DNA of 64,000 bases from Eledone cirrhosa (lineage: Eukaryota). Within the stretch, counting starts at the first letter, position 1. Every line of letters begins with the position of its first letter. Location: positions 60,574,001 through 60,638,000 of the forward strand of contig OZ024747.1 in the NCBI GenBank assembly GCA_964016885.1, in the 5' to 3' direction. Under the pieces are notes generated by a model that was not told the DNA's origin, searched no databases, and saw only the letters and a list, made by a program, of their open reading frames with translations. Below, one piece after another: positions 1 through 13,410 of this stretch. Both the position numbers and the translations under genes were made by a program.

Positions 1-800
1 GTCTAGGCAAAGGAAGATTAATGTACCTGATACGGTGTAACCAGAGATTGCAGCTGTGAATAACAGTGTCCCTTATGATGATGATTCCTAGGTTAAGTGA
101 TTTACCCTGATCATATAGGTAATGAAATATATAAACACAATAATACACTGCAGTACTACTAATCTCTCTTGAAATCATTTCATTACCCTCATTTCTTTCA
201 TCAACAGTTTACTTCTCTTGGTTGGAATATATTTCTTTCACCTCCAATACTTCTGGTACTTTCTTTGATATATAACAACAAGAGAAATTTTGCAAAGCAG
301 TAAAAGATCTGTTTGGGGCTTGAAGCAGGCAAAGAATTTTCTCAAAATAGATGTTGCATGGTTGCTGTGGGGCCTTCTTAGCTCTTGGGCCCCAGAACAA
401 AGTACTGGTTGGATCCCCACCCCCTCTCATAGGCCCTGCAAGCATTCATATAAGGCCATCTTTCCCTGCTAAAGCTGATATTAGCTTTGTAGGGCTGATA
501 ACAAACTTCTCTAGCTTATCTTATCACTGACACTCTGTGTTTGAACATGTTAATAGCCCTCCCTTTTATCCATCTCTGTTCAATATAAAGCTATTGCCCT
601 GCTCCATCTCTCGACTTACTGGCCATCTACAGCTATTTAAACTGTTATATATTATATTGATATGTATGTATGAACCTATAACTCCTGGTGGAATCATACA
701 GGGCACCATCATGATATATGTCTTGTCTTGGGCACTTTAAACCTGGCAGAGCCCATCCCATATCCAGATCTGAACAAAGCTGATTTCATCCAGACCAGGG

Positions 801-858
<58 letters not shown>

Positions 859-859
859 G
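801..859. repeat. (GA)n microsatellite
   Basis: Direct reading of the sequence. Confidence 0.95.
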
Positions 860-2037
860 TGGGGAGGAAGTAAGAAAGAGATATAAAGGAAAAATTGACC
901 ACAGTAGTGGCCTGGTGATTTATCATCTTCTGGAAGTGTCCATTGTTGAAAAATTGAAAAATGACTTACTTATCCAGAAGCTATTTCACAATGCTCAGGA
1001 ATCCCTCTTGGAGAACTGAGGATAGCAGGTCAAAGGGTGATGATGATGACAACCAAATCTCTCTGAAGTCTTGATTATTTTGAAAGTGATTTTAAAATAA
1101 TCAACAATGCCTTTCATTAAGAAAAGAGTTAAACATGCAACATTATATCATAAAACAACAGCTGTTCTTTGTATCAATATACCTAGTGTGACATAAACTG
1201 ATGCTAAATCTTTCTAAGATTACACTTGACATTTTATTCTGAATGAGAAGAGCAGAAACGATAAAAACTCCATTATATATGCAGGAAACCAATTCTTGCT
1301 TGTGTAATTACATTCATTAGCCAGTATTATTGACAGTGGAATATGTTTCTGTTAAGTTGGTGGTTCTGATGTACTTTTACAGATTAGGTTGGGTAGGTAA
1401 CCTTAATAAGTGACATCTTTTTGAAATTAAATTGTAATAAAAGGTATGTCGAGAAGAAAAAAAACATTATTGATATTGCTGGAGAAATTTAATTTAATTA
1501 GCATTTTTATTGCTTTTTGCTTTGTTTTGAATTTTCTTTTTTTCTCACGTTTAATTGTTAGGAATTTTTGTGAAGTTTATTTTCAATTTTTTTGTTTTGT
1601 TTTCTTTATTGCTATTTTATTTTTTTAATTTTCTTTCTCCTTTGACTGCATACTCTTCGAAATAGAATGAAACATAAAACTTAATTATATTAGAATTAAC
1701 AGAAATAAATAAAGAACAGAATTGACAACAGTAACATTATTCACATGTGATATTCCTAAAGTAATTCGAATATTTTTGTAAAAAAAAACATAAAAGACTA
1801 AAATAAAGCTAAACCCATCACTATATTGATGAGAAGGATGACTTTAAAAGTTGCAGTCTAAAGCTGAAATTTTGACCTAACACTAATATTTTCTTTTACG
1901 TGTATTTAACATTTATTTTTTACTTCAGTTTCCAATAAAATGCTTAATGCTTCAAATATTCTGAATAAATACTCTCTACATTTCAATATATTAACCCTAA
2001 CTAAAAATGGCATTTTTGTTTGTTTATTTGTTTTTTT

Positions 2038-2660
2038 GCAAGTAAATAATGTAATACTGCATTGTAGTGAGACAGGTCCATTGAATTCAGTGTTGGGGAT
2101 ATGTAATGTTTAGAAAGAAAAGATTGAGCATGGTTCATTGGATGTGTAATGTCAGTATAGATGAACACCAAAGCACAGATGCATTGAGAAGGGGAACTAG
2201 GCATAAGAGGGACCATATGTAGGGGCCAGAAGAGATTACATTGGTATGGACGTGTAATTAATATTGAATGAATAAGTTGTAAGAGTTTTAAGTAGAAGGA
2301 AACCGCAGAAGAAGACTTGGGCAGAGGTGGTGGAAGAATTGCAAAAGAGGAAGACCTGGGTAGAGGAGGTGAGAGAGCTGCAGAAGAGGAAGAACTGGGC
2401 AGAGGTGGTGGAAGACTTTGGTAGAAGTAGAGGAAGATTTAGCAGAAGTAGAGGAAGACATTGGCAGATGTAGAGGAAGACTTTGGCAGAAGTAGAGGAA
2501 GATTTGAGCAGAGTGGTGAAAGAACTGCAAAAGAGGAAGACCTCAGCAGAGGTAGAGGAGGACTTTGGCAGAGGTGGCAAAAGTTTATCTCTGGAGACTG
2601 AACCTCACGGAAGATGCTGCACTGGCAAAGATTCATTTAATCCATGCAACCATGAAAAAA
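2038..2660 (+). mobile_element. Degenerate RTE LINE 3' remnant with an internal ~39-bp tandem expansion
   Basis: Broken translation ILHCSET...CLERK..MVHWMCNVSIDEHQSTDALR..LGIRG...RLHWYGRV parallels MLHGSET..RLERNE..MLRWMCNSNIRERQSINELR..LSIRG..RLRWYGHV of the RTE at 38745. Ends in a decayed ccatgc..catg tail. Confidence 0.75.
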
Positions 2661-2746
2661 TCTGACAAGAAAATAATAGTATGTATGGGTCCTGTTGTGT
2701 ATAAGCAGAAGGAATTGGTACATTTATTTAGGACTTTGAATAATTA

Positions 2747-2970
2747 AAGGTGGTTGATTAACAGAATTGGTAGAGCATCAAATAAAATGCCATTGCAATA
2801 TTTGTTCAGGCTCTTAACATTCTGAGTTCAAATCCCACCTTGGCCAACTTTGCTTTTCATTCTTCCAAGGTCAGTAAAATAGAGTACCAGTCAAATGCCG
2901 GGGTTGATTTAATCAACTATGCCCTTCCTCCAAATTTTCTGGCCTAGTGCCTAAATTAAAAATCATTATT
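2747..2970 (+). mobile_element. tRNA-derived SINE, family B (diverged)
   Basis: B-box-like GAGTTCAAATCC followed by the body motif ctttgcttttcattcttcc..aaaatagagtaccag and the tail ggcctagtgcctaaa; about 12 related copies in the window. Confidence 0.8.
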
Positions 2971-3067
2971 TGGTCAGCTCAGTCCTTTCCCATTAACGGA
3001 ATAGGTCCTTTGTAAGAGAGGTTATGTGAAAATACTGTTGAATGATGTTGAGAGATCCTTACATATA

Positions 3068-3391
3068 CTAGCAGAAAAACCACCCCTGGGTGGTTTTCTG
3101 CTAGCATGTGTAATGTGCATATTGATAGTATACACAATGAATGTATAAGTGTTATAATATAGTGTCCGTTATATCATAACCGGAAGTATTGACATTTGAA
3201 AATTTTAAAAGAAGTGAATCTTAAAATAAGCAATCATCATATATAAGAATATTTATATTTAATCAACAGCTACGAAATTTAGTACATAAATTATTCATTA
3301 TTTATTCAAAGTAATCCGAGTTATTTTACTAACGGGTTAAAAAAATATATTCAGGACACAGTCCCGCACTCCTCCCTTTATTATATCATGA
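3068..3391 (-). mobile_element. Putative non-autonomous Helitron-like element
   Basis: On the minus strand it starts A|TC(atgatataataaag) and ends with the hairpin accaccc/gggtggt a few nt before CTAG|T. No TSD. Confidence 0.5.
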
Positions 3392-3462
3392 TATGTTCAC
3401 ATTTACACCCATAAACATACTTATATGTATTTTCACACACACCTGTATTTACACATTCATAT

Positions 3463-3720
3463 ACTATGTGCACGTGGTTAGAATGTCTCGGGAATGAATC
3501 CCTGGACATATTTTAGAGGCAAAACCAACCGGCAGGAGACCCAGGCGTAGACCCCCAAGCAAGATGGTTGGACAAAATCCATGAGCTTGACTGGTCTTGT
3601 TTGGGGATCTGACCAGATCAGTTTGAGACGGTTGCTTATGACAGGACCAGCTGGGAGAAGTGTTTGAGAGATCTTCTCCAGCGACTCTCTCGGGAATAAG
3701 TGGGAGAAGAAAAAGAAGAT
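3463..3720 (+). mobile_element. RTE-type LINE ORF C-terminal remnant (family distinct from the 38745 copy)
   Basis: Broken translation HVVRMSRE*IPGHILEAKPTGRRPRRRP..RWLDKIHELDWSCLGI..VAYDRTSWEKCL matches the typical GHVxRM...GxRPRGRP..RW..DRxxW terminus. Confidence 0.7.
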
Positions 3721-4141
3721 ATACATGTATTCTCATACAGCTGTGTTTACACATTCATATACATATTACATATTCATGTATTGACATATTCATATATTTA
3801 CATATTCATATACATATTCATGTATTTACATATTCATGTATTTACATATTCATATATTTACATATTCATATACATACATATTCATGTATTTATACATTTA
3901 TATATATATATATATTCATGTTTTTACACATATACATATTCATACATTTACACACTAACATACACTTACAGGTATTTTCTTACCACTGTGTTGATACATA
4001 CACACAAATGAATTTTCAGCTATTCACATATAAAAATAGTCTCTGAAGACCTTCTGCTGTCAATCTCTTCCAAGAGTTTCTTTAAACAAAAAATGTTTAC
4101 AACATACACATATACTGTAACACACGTACACGCACACGCAT

Positions 4142-4176
<35 letters not shown>

Positions 4177-4390
4177 TACACACACATAAATACATACACA
4201 AAACATACTAATTTGTTTACACATACATTTGTTAGTGTGTTTGCTCACAAATTTTATACAGCGTTGGTCAGGACTGTTTTTTTACAAGTATATATTATTA
4301 TATACACACATACATGCATGTATGTGTGTGTATATATATATATATACATGCATGTATGTATGAATGTATGTATGAATATATGTATGTATA

Positions 4391-4421
<31 letters not shown>

Positions 4422-4432
4422 GTATGTGTGTG
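3720..4432. repeat. Low-complexity TACATA/TTCATA, (CA)n, (TG)n and (TA)n tracts
   Basis: Direct reading. Confidence 0.85.
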
Positions 4433-4578
4433 TACTGTTGGATTTATTCTGTTTGTGCTTGAAAGAGATCTTCCTAATTAGAAATAAATGGAATTATTCC
4501 ACAATAACATTAACAAACACAACAACACCAATTAGAAGTGAGGCCTCTTAACAACAATTATTATTTGATAATTATTAT

Positions 4579-4772
4579 TAGGGTGGTGGATTGGCAGTAT
4601 CGGTAGAGGGTCGGATGCCATGCTTTCCAGCATAGAGTTACGTCCCTTTACGATCTGAGTTCAAATCCTGCCGAGGTTGACTTTACCTTTCATCCTTACG
4701 GGGTCGATAAAATAAAGTACCAGTAATGCACTGGGTAATTGCTGGCCTTGTGCCTAACGTAGAAACAATTAT
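4579..4772 (+). mobile_element. SINE family B, near full length
   Basis: A-box-like tggcagtatcgg, B-box gagttcaaatcc, body cctttcatccttacggggtcgataaaataaagtaccag; flanked by similar ttatttgataatt sequences (possible TSD). Confidence 0.88.
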
Positions 4773-4794
4773 TTGATAATTGTTATTCTATGAT

Positions 4795-5122
4795 ATTATT
4801 ATTATCATCATCATTATTATTGCACATCATTACTGCTTTACCGAGCACAGCTCTGTGCACCTTGGGTATATGCAGTGTAGTTTTTGCTGGTGTTGTTTCT
4901 GTTGTATTGATAGTACTTTTTGTAATATGTGTGCAGTGCCTAGTAGTGCTATCTTTTGTATGCTCGATATATTTGTAAGTCCTGGGGTTTGGACTATGTA
5001 TTTTTCTGTGTGTTTTTTTATCATTCCCAGCGCACCTATTATCATTGGTATTGTTTCTGTTTTCATTTTCTACGTTCAGGTTATTTCTATCTCTAGATCT
5101 TTATATTTGGAGAGTTTCTCTA
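4795..5122 (-). mobile_element. 3' end of a restriction-like-endonuclease non-LTR retrotransposon (R4/Dong-like)
   Basis: Minus-strand translation EKLSKYKDLEIEI..MKTETIPMIIGALGMIKKH...IQKIALLGTAHILQKVL is the characteristic RLE C-terminus; ends in a (TAA)/(TGA) tract. Confidence 0.8.
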
Positions 5123-5334
5123 TACTATACTCTCCAGTCCCACCCCATACTGACCTCCCACCTCCACTACACCATACTGACCTCAACCATGTCTTTTCTT
5201 CCATCTGGCCCTAATAATCTTGACCCATCAAATTTGTCAAGACTTCTGAAACATTCAACACTAACAATAAACATGGAATCAGTTGAAGGTCTGAAGGTAT
5301 TTTATAGTTCATACTGACATTGATGGCTGCTTAT

Positions 5335-5852
5335 AACTAGATATAACTGGTTATAACCAGTTATTACAGGTTATAACAGGTAATTACATAAAATAATTGA
5401 GCCTTCTTGTCAATTCAAACCCACTGGAAATTAAAATTCAACCATTTACACATTCATACTATCAAAATTTGTTACTTGAAATAGTACCATACACTTTCAA
5501 ACATTTCCTCCTACCATAACTGGATATAACGAGTTATAACTGGATATATCTGGCAATTACTCAGAATAATTGAGCCTTCTTGTCAATTCAAACCCACTGT
5601 AAATTAAAATTCAAATTTTAATAATAGGAATGTGTAAATGGTTGTTACATGAGATGGTACCATACACTTTAAAATATTTCCTCCTACCATAACTGGTTGT
5701 AATTAGATATAACTGGCAATTATTCAAAATAATTGAGCCTTCTTGACAATTCCAACCCACTGTAAATTAAAATTCAACCATTTACACATTCATACTATCA
5801 AAATTTGTGACATGAAATGGTACCATACACTTTCAAATATTTCCTCTTACCA
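5335..5852. repeat. Tandem repeat, 3 copies of ~170 bp
   Basis: aataattgagccttcttg..aattc..acccactg recurs at ~5392, ~5565 and ~5728. Confidence 0.9.
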
Positions 5853-5900
5853 ACACACTATTCATTCTCTAATACAAATCAATGAGAGATGTTTCTATGC

Positions 5901-7428
5901 CAGGGGTTTCCTAACCTTTTAGGCATCTTCACCCACTTTCACATGGAAAAATTTTTCCACTGCCCATCTGTATAGTAAATATTCAAAAGCAAACCAAAAA
6001 TGTTTGGTAAAAGTTTGTTACTGGTTCATAATCTGACATTTTATGATGTAGTAAAAAATGCTAAAGAGATGTAACAAATAATACTAACTTAATGGTGCCT
6101 GCTGCTGCTACTAATACTGTATTAAAGAACCAATGGAAGCAAATTTGACCATTTATAACTGTATTTTATCAAATTTAATTATAAAGAATGTAATTTAGTT
6201 TTATAGTTAGGGTTAGCAAATATGTCACTAAGGAAATAATATCACATTTTGAAGCAATCGGAAAAGTGGATAATTGAGTGTTTTGAAAAAAAACCAAAAA
6301 CATTGTATGAAATGGTTCAACAAAATGGATAACGCGATTCAATTAAATTGTGCGAAACCATTTTGCTGATTTAAGAGATGATGAGGATGGAGATGTGAGT
6401 GTGTAAACTTGTCTTGTACATCACCTTTCTTTATTTCCTTCTTCCAGTCACATCTATGAGTCAACACACTTCTCCTTGTCCTCCTCTTTCTTTCAATCTT
6501 TTCTATATTTCATCTGCCTGTCACCCACCTTGTGGATTGTCTCTCTGTTGGCTGCTGGTCTCTGTCCTCTCAGCTATTTTTGCCCATCTCTGTTTTTGAC
6601 AGCATTGGGCTGTTTTTATAGCGATGTTCTAGCGATGAATTTTCTCATTTTTATATGTTTTCAAATACACTCTTGCTTCGACTTGATCAGAGACGACATT
6701 GTTTTAGATAACAAAATGTATGATCCTCAACTTAAATTGTTACTCCAACTCCAATAATCTACAAATATGAGAACTCAAGAGTGTTGCAATCACTTGGCAA
6801 TCAATACACTCCAACAAGTGGCGATCTGTTTATATGAGCATGTGTATTGAGCTGTGAACAGGTCCCACCTTGGGATTCTCATATTTTGTTTGGCATTGTC
6901 GTCTGCACCTCCTTGAATACAGCATGTCATCAGAGATTTTAAGGGTCATCGCTTGTGTTAAATTTATGAGATCTCTCAGTGCTGGCAGCATTGGCGAGAT
7001 TATCCAGGGATCACTTCTTCATTTTATTGGCAAAGTTGTTCGTGGTCTTTTCTTATCTGACCTATATCCACCCGCCAAAAAAAAAGGTTATTTTGTCTGA
7101 AGAAATATCTGAATGTTAATGACCATTCTCAAACCTGAAGGAAATACCAAATGTTCCTTGTTTGTGGAGATGTTTATATCTTATCTAGGAATATGGTCCA
7201 GTTATTCCCATTTAGTTTCCTATTTTTTTAAAATTCAGGTTCTTTGCATATCTCTTTTGAATACTTTTTTCAGGTAACATATGTTGAAATACCTTCATAA
7301 TACTCAACATCCTATATTGTCACCCAAAATTTCCAATCGCCCACAATTTTCTGTTCAGTTGCTCATCACCCACCCAACAGTTGAAATCGTCCACCACTGG
7401 CCGATATAACCCAGGTTGGGAAACCCTG
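5901..7428. mobile_element. Degenerate hAT (Charlie/Buster-like) DNA transposon
   Basis: TIRs caggggtttcctaacct / aggttgggaaaccctg; imperfect 8-bp TSD ttctatgc / ttttatgt; weak transposase-like remnant WHCRLHLL...VIACVKFMRS...SLLHF (6870-7100). Confidence 0.65.
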
Positions 7429-7721
7429 TTTTATGTGGTTGTTCAACCAGCTAGAAATAACAGCCAAATCTTTCTCAAATCTTGTTCCATCATCTTTAAC
7501 TCTTTCATTAACATATTTCTAATGAAAGACACTCTGTGTGATTTTCAATTAAGTTTGGAAATAATCGAGAATTTGGAGGGATTTAGTAATATATGTATCT
7601 TTTTCATTGAGCTGACATTTGGAGCATAGCTTAACAAAGATTCATCAATACCACCACCACCATCATCATATACTTATGTGTAATTCCTATCTTCTTCCAC
7701 GATAATACATGATAAACCAAC

Positions 7722-8978
7722 ATGTGGCTTATCTACTGGAACTACAAAACCTCAATTCAAAATATATGGTACATTGTAAGCATTCAGCAGCCCACACTGT
7801 AAAGTGGTTGTGTAAGTGTCACAACAAAAAGCACCAAGTACTCACTGTAAAGTGGTCATGTAAATATCACGACAAAAAGCACCTAGTCCACACTGTAAAA
7901 TGGTTGTGTAGGTGTCACAACAAAAAGCACCCTGTACTCACTGTAAATGAGGTTGGTGTTAAGATGGGCATCTAGCTGTAGAAACCAAGCCCAAATCAGT
8001 TCTGTATGAGCAAGACATGGTCACCTGACCTAGCATTACCTACAACAGGGAAACTCGTCTAACCCATGCTAGCATGGAAAAATGGACATCAAATGATGAT
8101 GATTGTAAATTTTGTATGTAAAATAGAAGGATGACTTATCTACTGGACCTACAAAACCTCTAGACAAAAAATATATGGCACATTCTAAAATAGAGGTAAG
8201 ATTTATCTATTGGACCTACGAAACTTCAGTGTAAAATATATAGTACATTGTAAATGTTCTATGTACTATATATAGGTGTGACTTATTTACTGGGCCTTCA
8301 AAACCTCAATTCAAAATATATGGTATATTTTAAATGTTGTATATAAAAAGGAGGTATGACTTATCTACAGGGACTAAGAAACCTCAATATAAAATATATG
8401 GTACATTGTAAATGTTAAATGTAAAATGGAGGTGTGACTTATCTACCGGGACTAAGAAACCTCAATATAAAATATATGGTACATTGTAAATGTTAAATGT
8501 AAAATGTAGGTGTGACTTATCTACTGGGACTAAGAAACCTCAATATAAAATATATGGTACATTGTAAATGTTAAATGTAAAATGGAGGTGTGACTTATCT
8601 ACCGGGACTAAGAAACCTCAATATAAAATATATGGTACATTGTAAATGTTAAATGTAAAATGGAGGTGTGACTTATCTACTGGGACTAAGAAACCTCAAT
8701 TCAAAATATATGGTACATTGTAAATGTTAAATGTAAAATGGAGGTGTGACTTATCTACCGGGACTAAGAAACCTCAATATAAAATATATGGTACATTGTA
8801 AATGTTAAATGTAAAATGGAGGTGTGACTTATCTACCGGGACTAAGAAACCTCAATATAAAATATATGGTACATTGTAAATGTTAAATGTAAAATGGAGG
8901 TGTGACTTATCTACTGGGACTAAGAAACCTCAATATAAAATATATGGTTTATTGTAAATGTTATGTAAAATGGAGAAG
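7722..8978. repeat. 78-bp minisatellite (~12 units), first unit interrupted by an RTE-tail insertion
   Basis: gacttatctac at 8358, 8436, 8514 etc. (period 78); units are diverged on the left and homogeneous from ~8360. Confidence 0.93.
7784..8103 (+). mobile_element. RTE 3'UTR or RTE-tailed SINE fragment with four ~51-bp internal repeats
   Basis: Matches 40170-40420 (aaaagcacc..cactgtaaa..gaggttggtgtt..ccatgctagcatggaaaa..(gat)n); short attgtaa duplication at the ends. Confidence 0.85.
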
Positions 8979-9029
8979 TGTTTAAATGTATCTGAAAGAG
9001 TTAGAAATATTTATATCAATGAAGGATGG

Positions 9030-9667
9030 GGATGATGATGATGATGATGATGATGACGACGATGATGATGATGATGATGATGTGGAAGGGGAGGAGAAGG
9101 AGGAGGAGGAAGGGAGCAATTGTACAGTTGTGGAACTGCTCAGTTAACAGCAACCACCAAATCTATACAATAGGGATTTAAGCATGTATGCAGAGCAGAT
9201 AGAACTTTTTGACTAATCAAATTATTTGCTATATCCATGGCAACTATTAACCAAGAATACAAATTAAATTGAAGAATGTAGTATTTAGATTGTAAAATCT
9301 AATTACTTCATGGACCTGGTTGCATCTGATAGTGTTGTTGTTGTTGTAGTTGTGGCTGTTGTTGTAGTTGTGGCTGTTGTTGTTGTTGTATGATTATTTT
9401 AATTTATAGCTAAGGTTCTTCTCTTTTATCTTATATACAATGTTATCAATATGGTTCTGTATGTGCATGTGTGTGTGTATATATATATACATACACGCAT
9501 ATATATGTATATATATGTATTTGTATATATATATATATGTATATGTATATATGTATATATATATATATATATATATGTATATGTGTATATGTATATATAT
9601 ATGTGTGATTATATGTGTATATGTATATATATATGTGTGATTATATATATATGTGTATGTATATATG

Positions 9668-9710
<43 letters not shown>

Positions 9711-9856
9711 ATACACATATATATATATACATACACATATATATATACATACACATATATACATACACATATATATACATATATATATATATATATATTC
9801 ACATATATATACATACACATATATATATATATACACAAATACATATATATATATAT

Positions 9857-9897
<41 letters not shown>

Positions 9898-9989
9898 GAG
9901 TCTATCATATATATGGTGGGAGAGAGGAAATGGACAAAGCTGTCCTTTTCTTTAATTGTGTTTCTCCAAATTTTTTATATGCATGTGCG

Positions 9990-10056
<67 letters not shown>

Positions 10057-10325
10057 GTATACATGTCTCTGTGTGCATGTGTATGAATGTTTGTATGAAT
10101 GAAAAGAGAAAAATGGATTAGCTTGTGTGATTAAATATTTGATTATGATTTATTTATATGTATGTGTATACGTATAGTGTGTAATAAGATTGCATGTATG
10201 TACAACTCCTGAGGCATAATTATATGTATGAGTGAGTGTTTGTGCACCCTTACACTCATATACATGCACACACACACACACACATATATATCATCATTTA
10301 ACGTCTGTCTTCCATGGGTGTGTTA

Positions 10326-10369
<44 letters not shown>

Positions 10370-10447
10370 TCACACACACAAATATACATATATATATATG
10401 GAGATATAGATATTTGTGTATATATATATATATATACACACACAGAA

Positions 10448-10494
<47 letters not shown>

Positions 10495-10560
10495 GAAATG
10501 TATATGTATATATATATATACACACAGAAATGTATATATATATATGTGTGTGTGTGTGTG
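9030..10560. repeat. Microsatellite cluster: (GAT)n, (GTT)n and long (TA)/(TG)/(CA) tracts
   Basis: Direct reading. Confidence 0.9.
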
Positions 10561-10813
10561 TGAATTACCCCCTTACTAACACATACCACACTATGTATCT
10601 ATCTCTTACATTGTTATAAAATATATATGATCATCTCTAAGGGCACCATTTTGCTTCGTTCGTATCTCCATTTCGAAAATAGAACATTCCCAATATTTGA
10701 CACTAATCAATAATAGACCTTTATTTATTTAGATATGTTTCCTATCACAAGCATCTTACATTTCTTGTGTTCAGCTGTGGTGCCATGCCAGCCCCTTTCA
10801 TTGAATGGTACAG

Positions 10814-11013
10814 TGGTGTATGGTGTGGTGTGGTGTGGTGTGGTGTGGTCTGGTGTGGTGTGGTGTGGTGTGGTGTGGCGTGGCGTGGTCTGGTCTGGTG
10901 TGGTGTGGTGTGGTGTGGTGTGGTGTGGTGTGGTGTGGTGTGGTGTGGTGTGGTCTGGTGTGGTGTGGTGTGGTCTGGTGCGGTGTGGTGTGGTCTGGTG
11001 TGGTGTGGTGTGG
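10814..11013. repeat. (TGTGG)n pentanucleotide repeat, ~40 units
   Basis: Direct reading. Confidence 0.95.
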
Positions 11014-11485
11014 TATTTGTATGTAGGTTGGATAGATATGTAAACATGAATACATAGCTATGACCCTGTTGATGTGAACAGATTGGTTGTTTTATTTTTC
11101 TTCTCCATTTTCTTATCTCGACCACCACAACAATTACATTTGTATGTTTGGTGTTTTTCACAATAATTTACACACATTCTGCTAAGTCTATGGACATTTG
11201 TGTGGATGTGTGTGTGGATATGTGTTTGTGTGTGTGTGAGTGTTTGACTGTTGTTGTTGTTGTTTTGGTTCACCATGGATGTACACACACACACACATAC
11301 AAACATGTACTTAGACAAACAAAAGCACACATATATTTACATACATAAATGTACATATATTTACATTCATAAACACATACATATGTACTCACACTCACTA
11401 ACATATATGTACTTATATACATATATGTACTTATATACATGTATGTACTTATATACATGTATTTTTACTTACAAACACATACATG

Positions 11486-13410
11486 CACTTACAGACACAT
11501 ATATACGTATACTTAGAAACATACATATACTTACAGACATATACATATACTTACAGACACATACATATGCTTACAGACACATACATATACTTACAGACAT
11601 ATACATATATTTACAGACACATACATATGCTTACAGACACATACATATGCTTACAGACACATACATATACTTACAGACATATACATATATTTACAGACAC
11701 ATACATATACTTACAGACATATACATATACTTACAGACATATACAGATACTTACAGACACATATATATACTTACAGACACATACATATACTTACAGACAC
11801 ATACATATACTTACAGACACATACATATACTTACAGACACATACATATACTCCCAGACACATACATATACTTACAGACACATACATATACTTACAGACAC
11901 ATACATATACTTACAGACACATACATATACTTACAGACACATACATATACTCCCAGACACATACATATACTTACAGACACATACATATACTTACAGACAC
12001 ATACATATACTTACAGACACATACATATACTCACAGACATATACATGTACTTACAGACACATACATATACTTACAGACACATACATGTACTTACCAACAC
12101 ATACATATACTTACAGACACATACATATACTCACAGACATATACATGTACTTACAGACACATACATATACTTACAGACACATACATATACTTACAGACAC
12201 ATACATATACTTACAGACACATACATATACTTACAGACACATACATATACTCCCAGACACATACATATACTCCCAGACACATACATATACTTACAGACAC
12301 ATACATATACTCCCAGACACATACATATATTTACAGACACATACCTATACTTACAGACACATACATATACTTACCGACACATACATATACTTACAGACAC
12401 ATACATATACTTACAGACACATACATATACTTACAGACACATACATATACTTACAGACACATACATATACTTACAGATACATACATCTACTCACAGACAG
12501 ATATATATACTTACAAACACATACATATACTTACAGACACATACATATATTTACAGACACATACATATACTTACAGACACATACATATACTTACAGACAC
12601 ATACATATACTTACAGACATATACATATACTTACAGACACATACATATACTCACAGACACATACATATACTTACAGACACATACATATACTTACAGACAC
12701 ATACATATACTTACAGACACATACATATACTTACAGACACATACATATACTTACAGACACATACATATACTTACCGACACATACATATACTTACCGACAC
12801 ATACATATACTTACAGACACATACATATACTCCCAGACACATACATATACTTACCGACACATACATATACTTACAGACACATACATATACTTACAGACAG
12901 ATACATATACTTACAGACACATACATATACTTACAGACACATACCTATACTTACAGACACATACATATACTTACCGACACATACATATACTTACAGACAC
13001 ATACATATACTTACAGACACATACATATACTTACAGACACATACATATACTTACAGACACATACATATACTTACCGACACATACATATACTTACAGACAC
13101 ATACATATACTTACAGACACATACCTATACTTACAGACACATACATATACTTACCGACACATACATATACTTACAGACACATACATATACTTACAGACAC
13201 ATACATATACTTACAGACACATACATATACTTACAGACACATACATATACTTACAGACACATACATATACTTACAGACACATACATATACTTACCGACAC
13301 ATACATATACTTACAGACACATACATATACTTACAGACACATACATATACTTACAGACACATACATAAACTTACAGGCACATACATGTACTCACTAACAC
13401 ATACATATAC
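11486..13410. repeat. 20-bp minisatellite ATACATATACTTACAGACAC, ~95 copies
   Basis: Perfect 20-bp phasing over ~1.9 kb with recurrent variants (tccc, ttacc). Confidence 0.97.

Noticed and set aside
150-472. Short ORFs that could be an exon or a transposase relic
   Set aside because: No recognisable motif in any frame and no clear boundaries.
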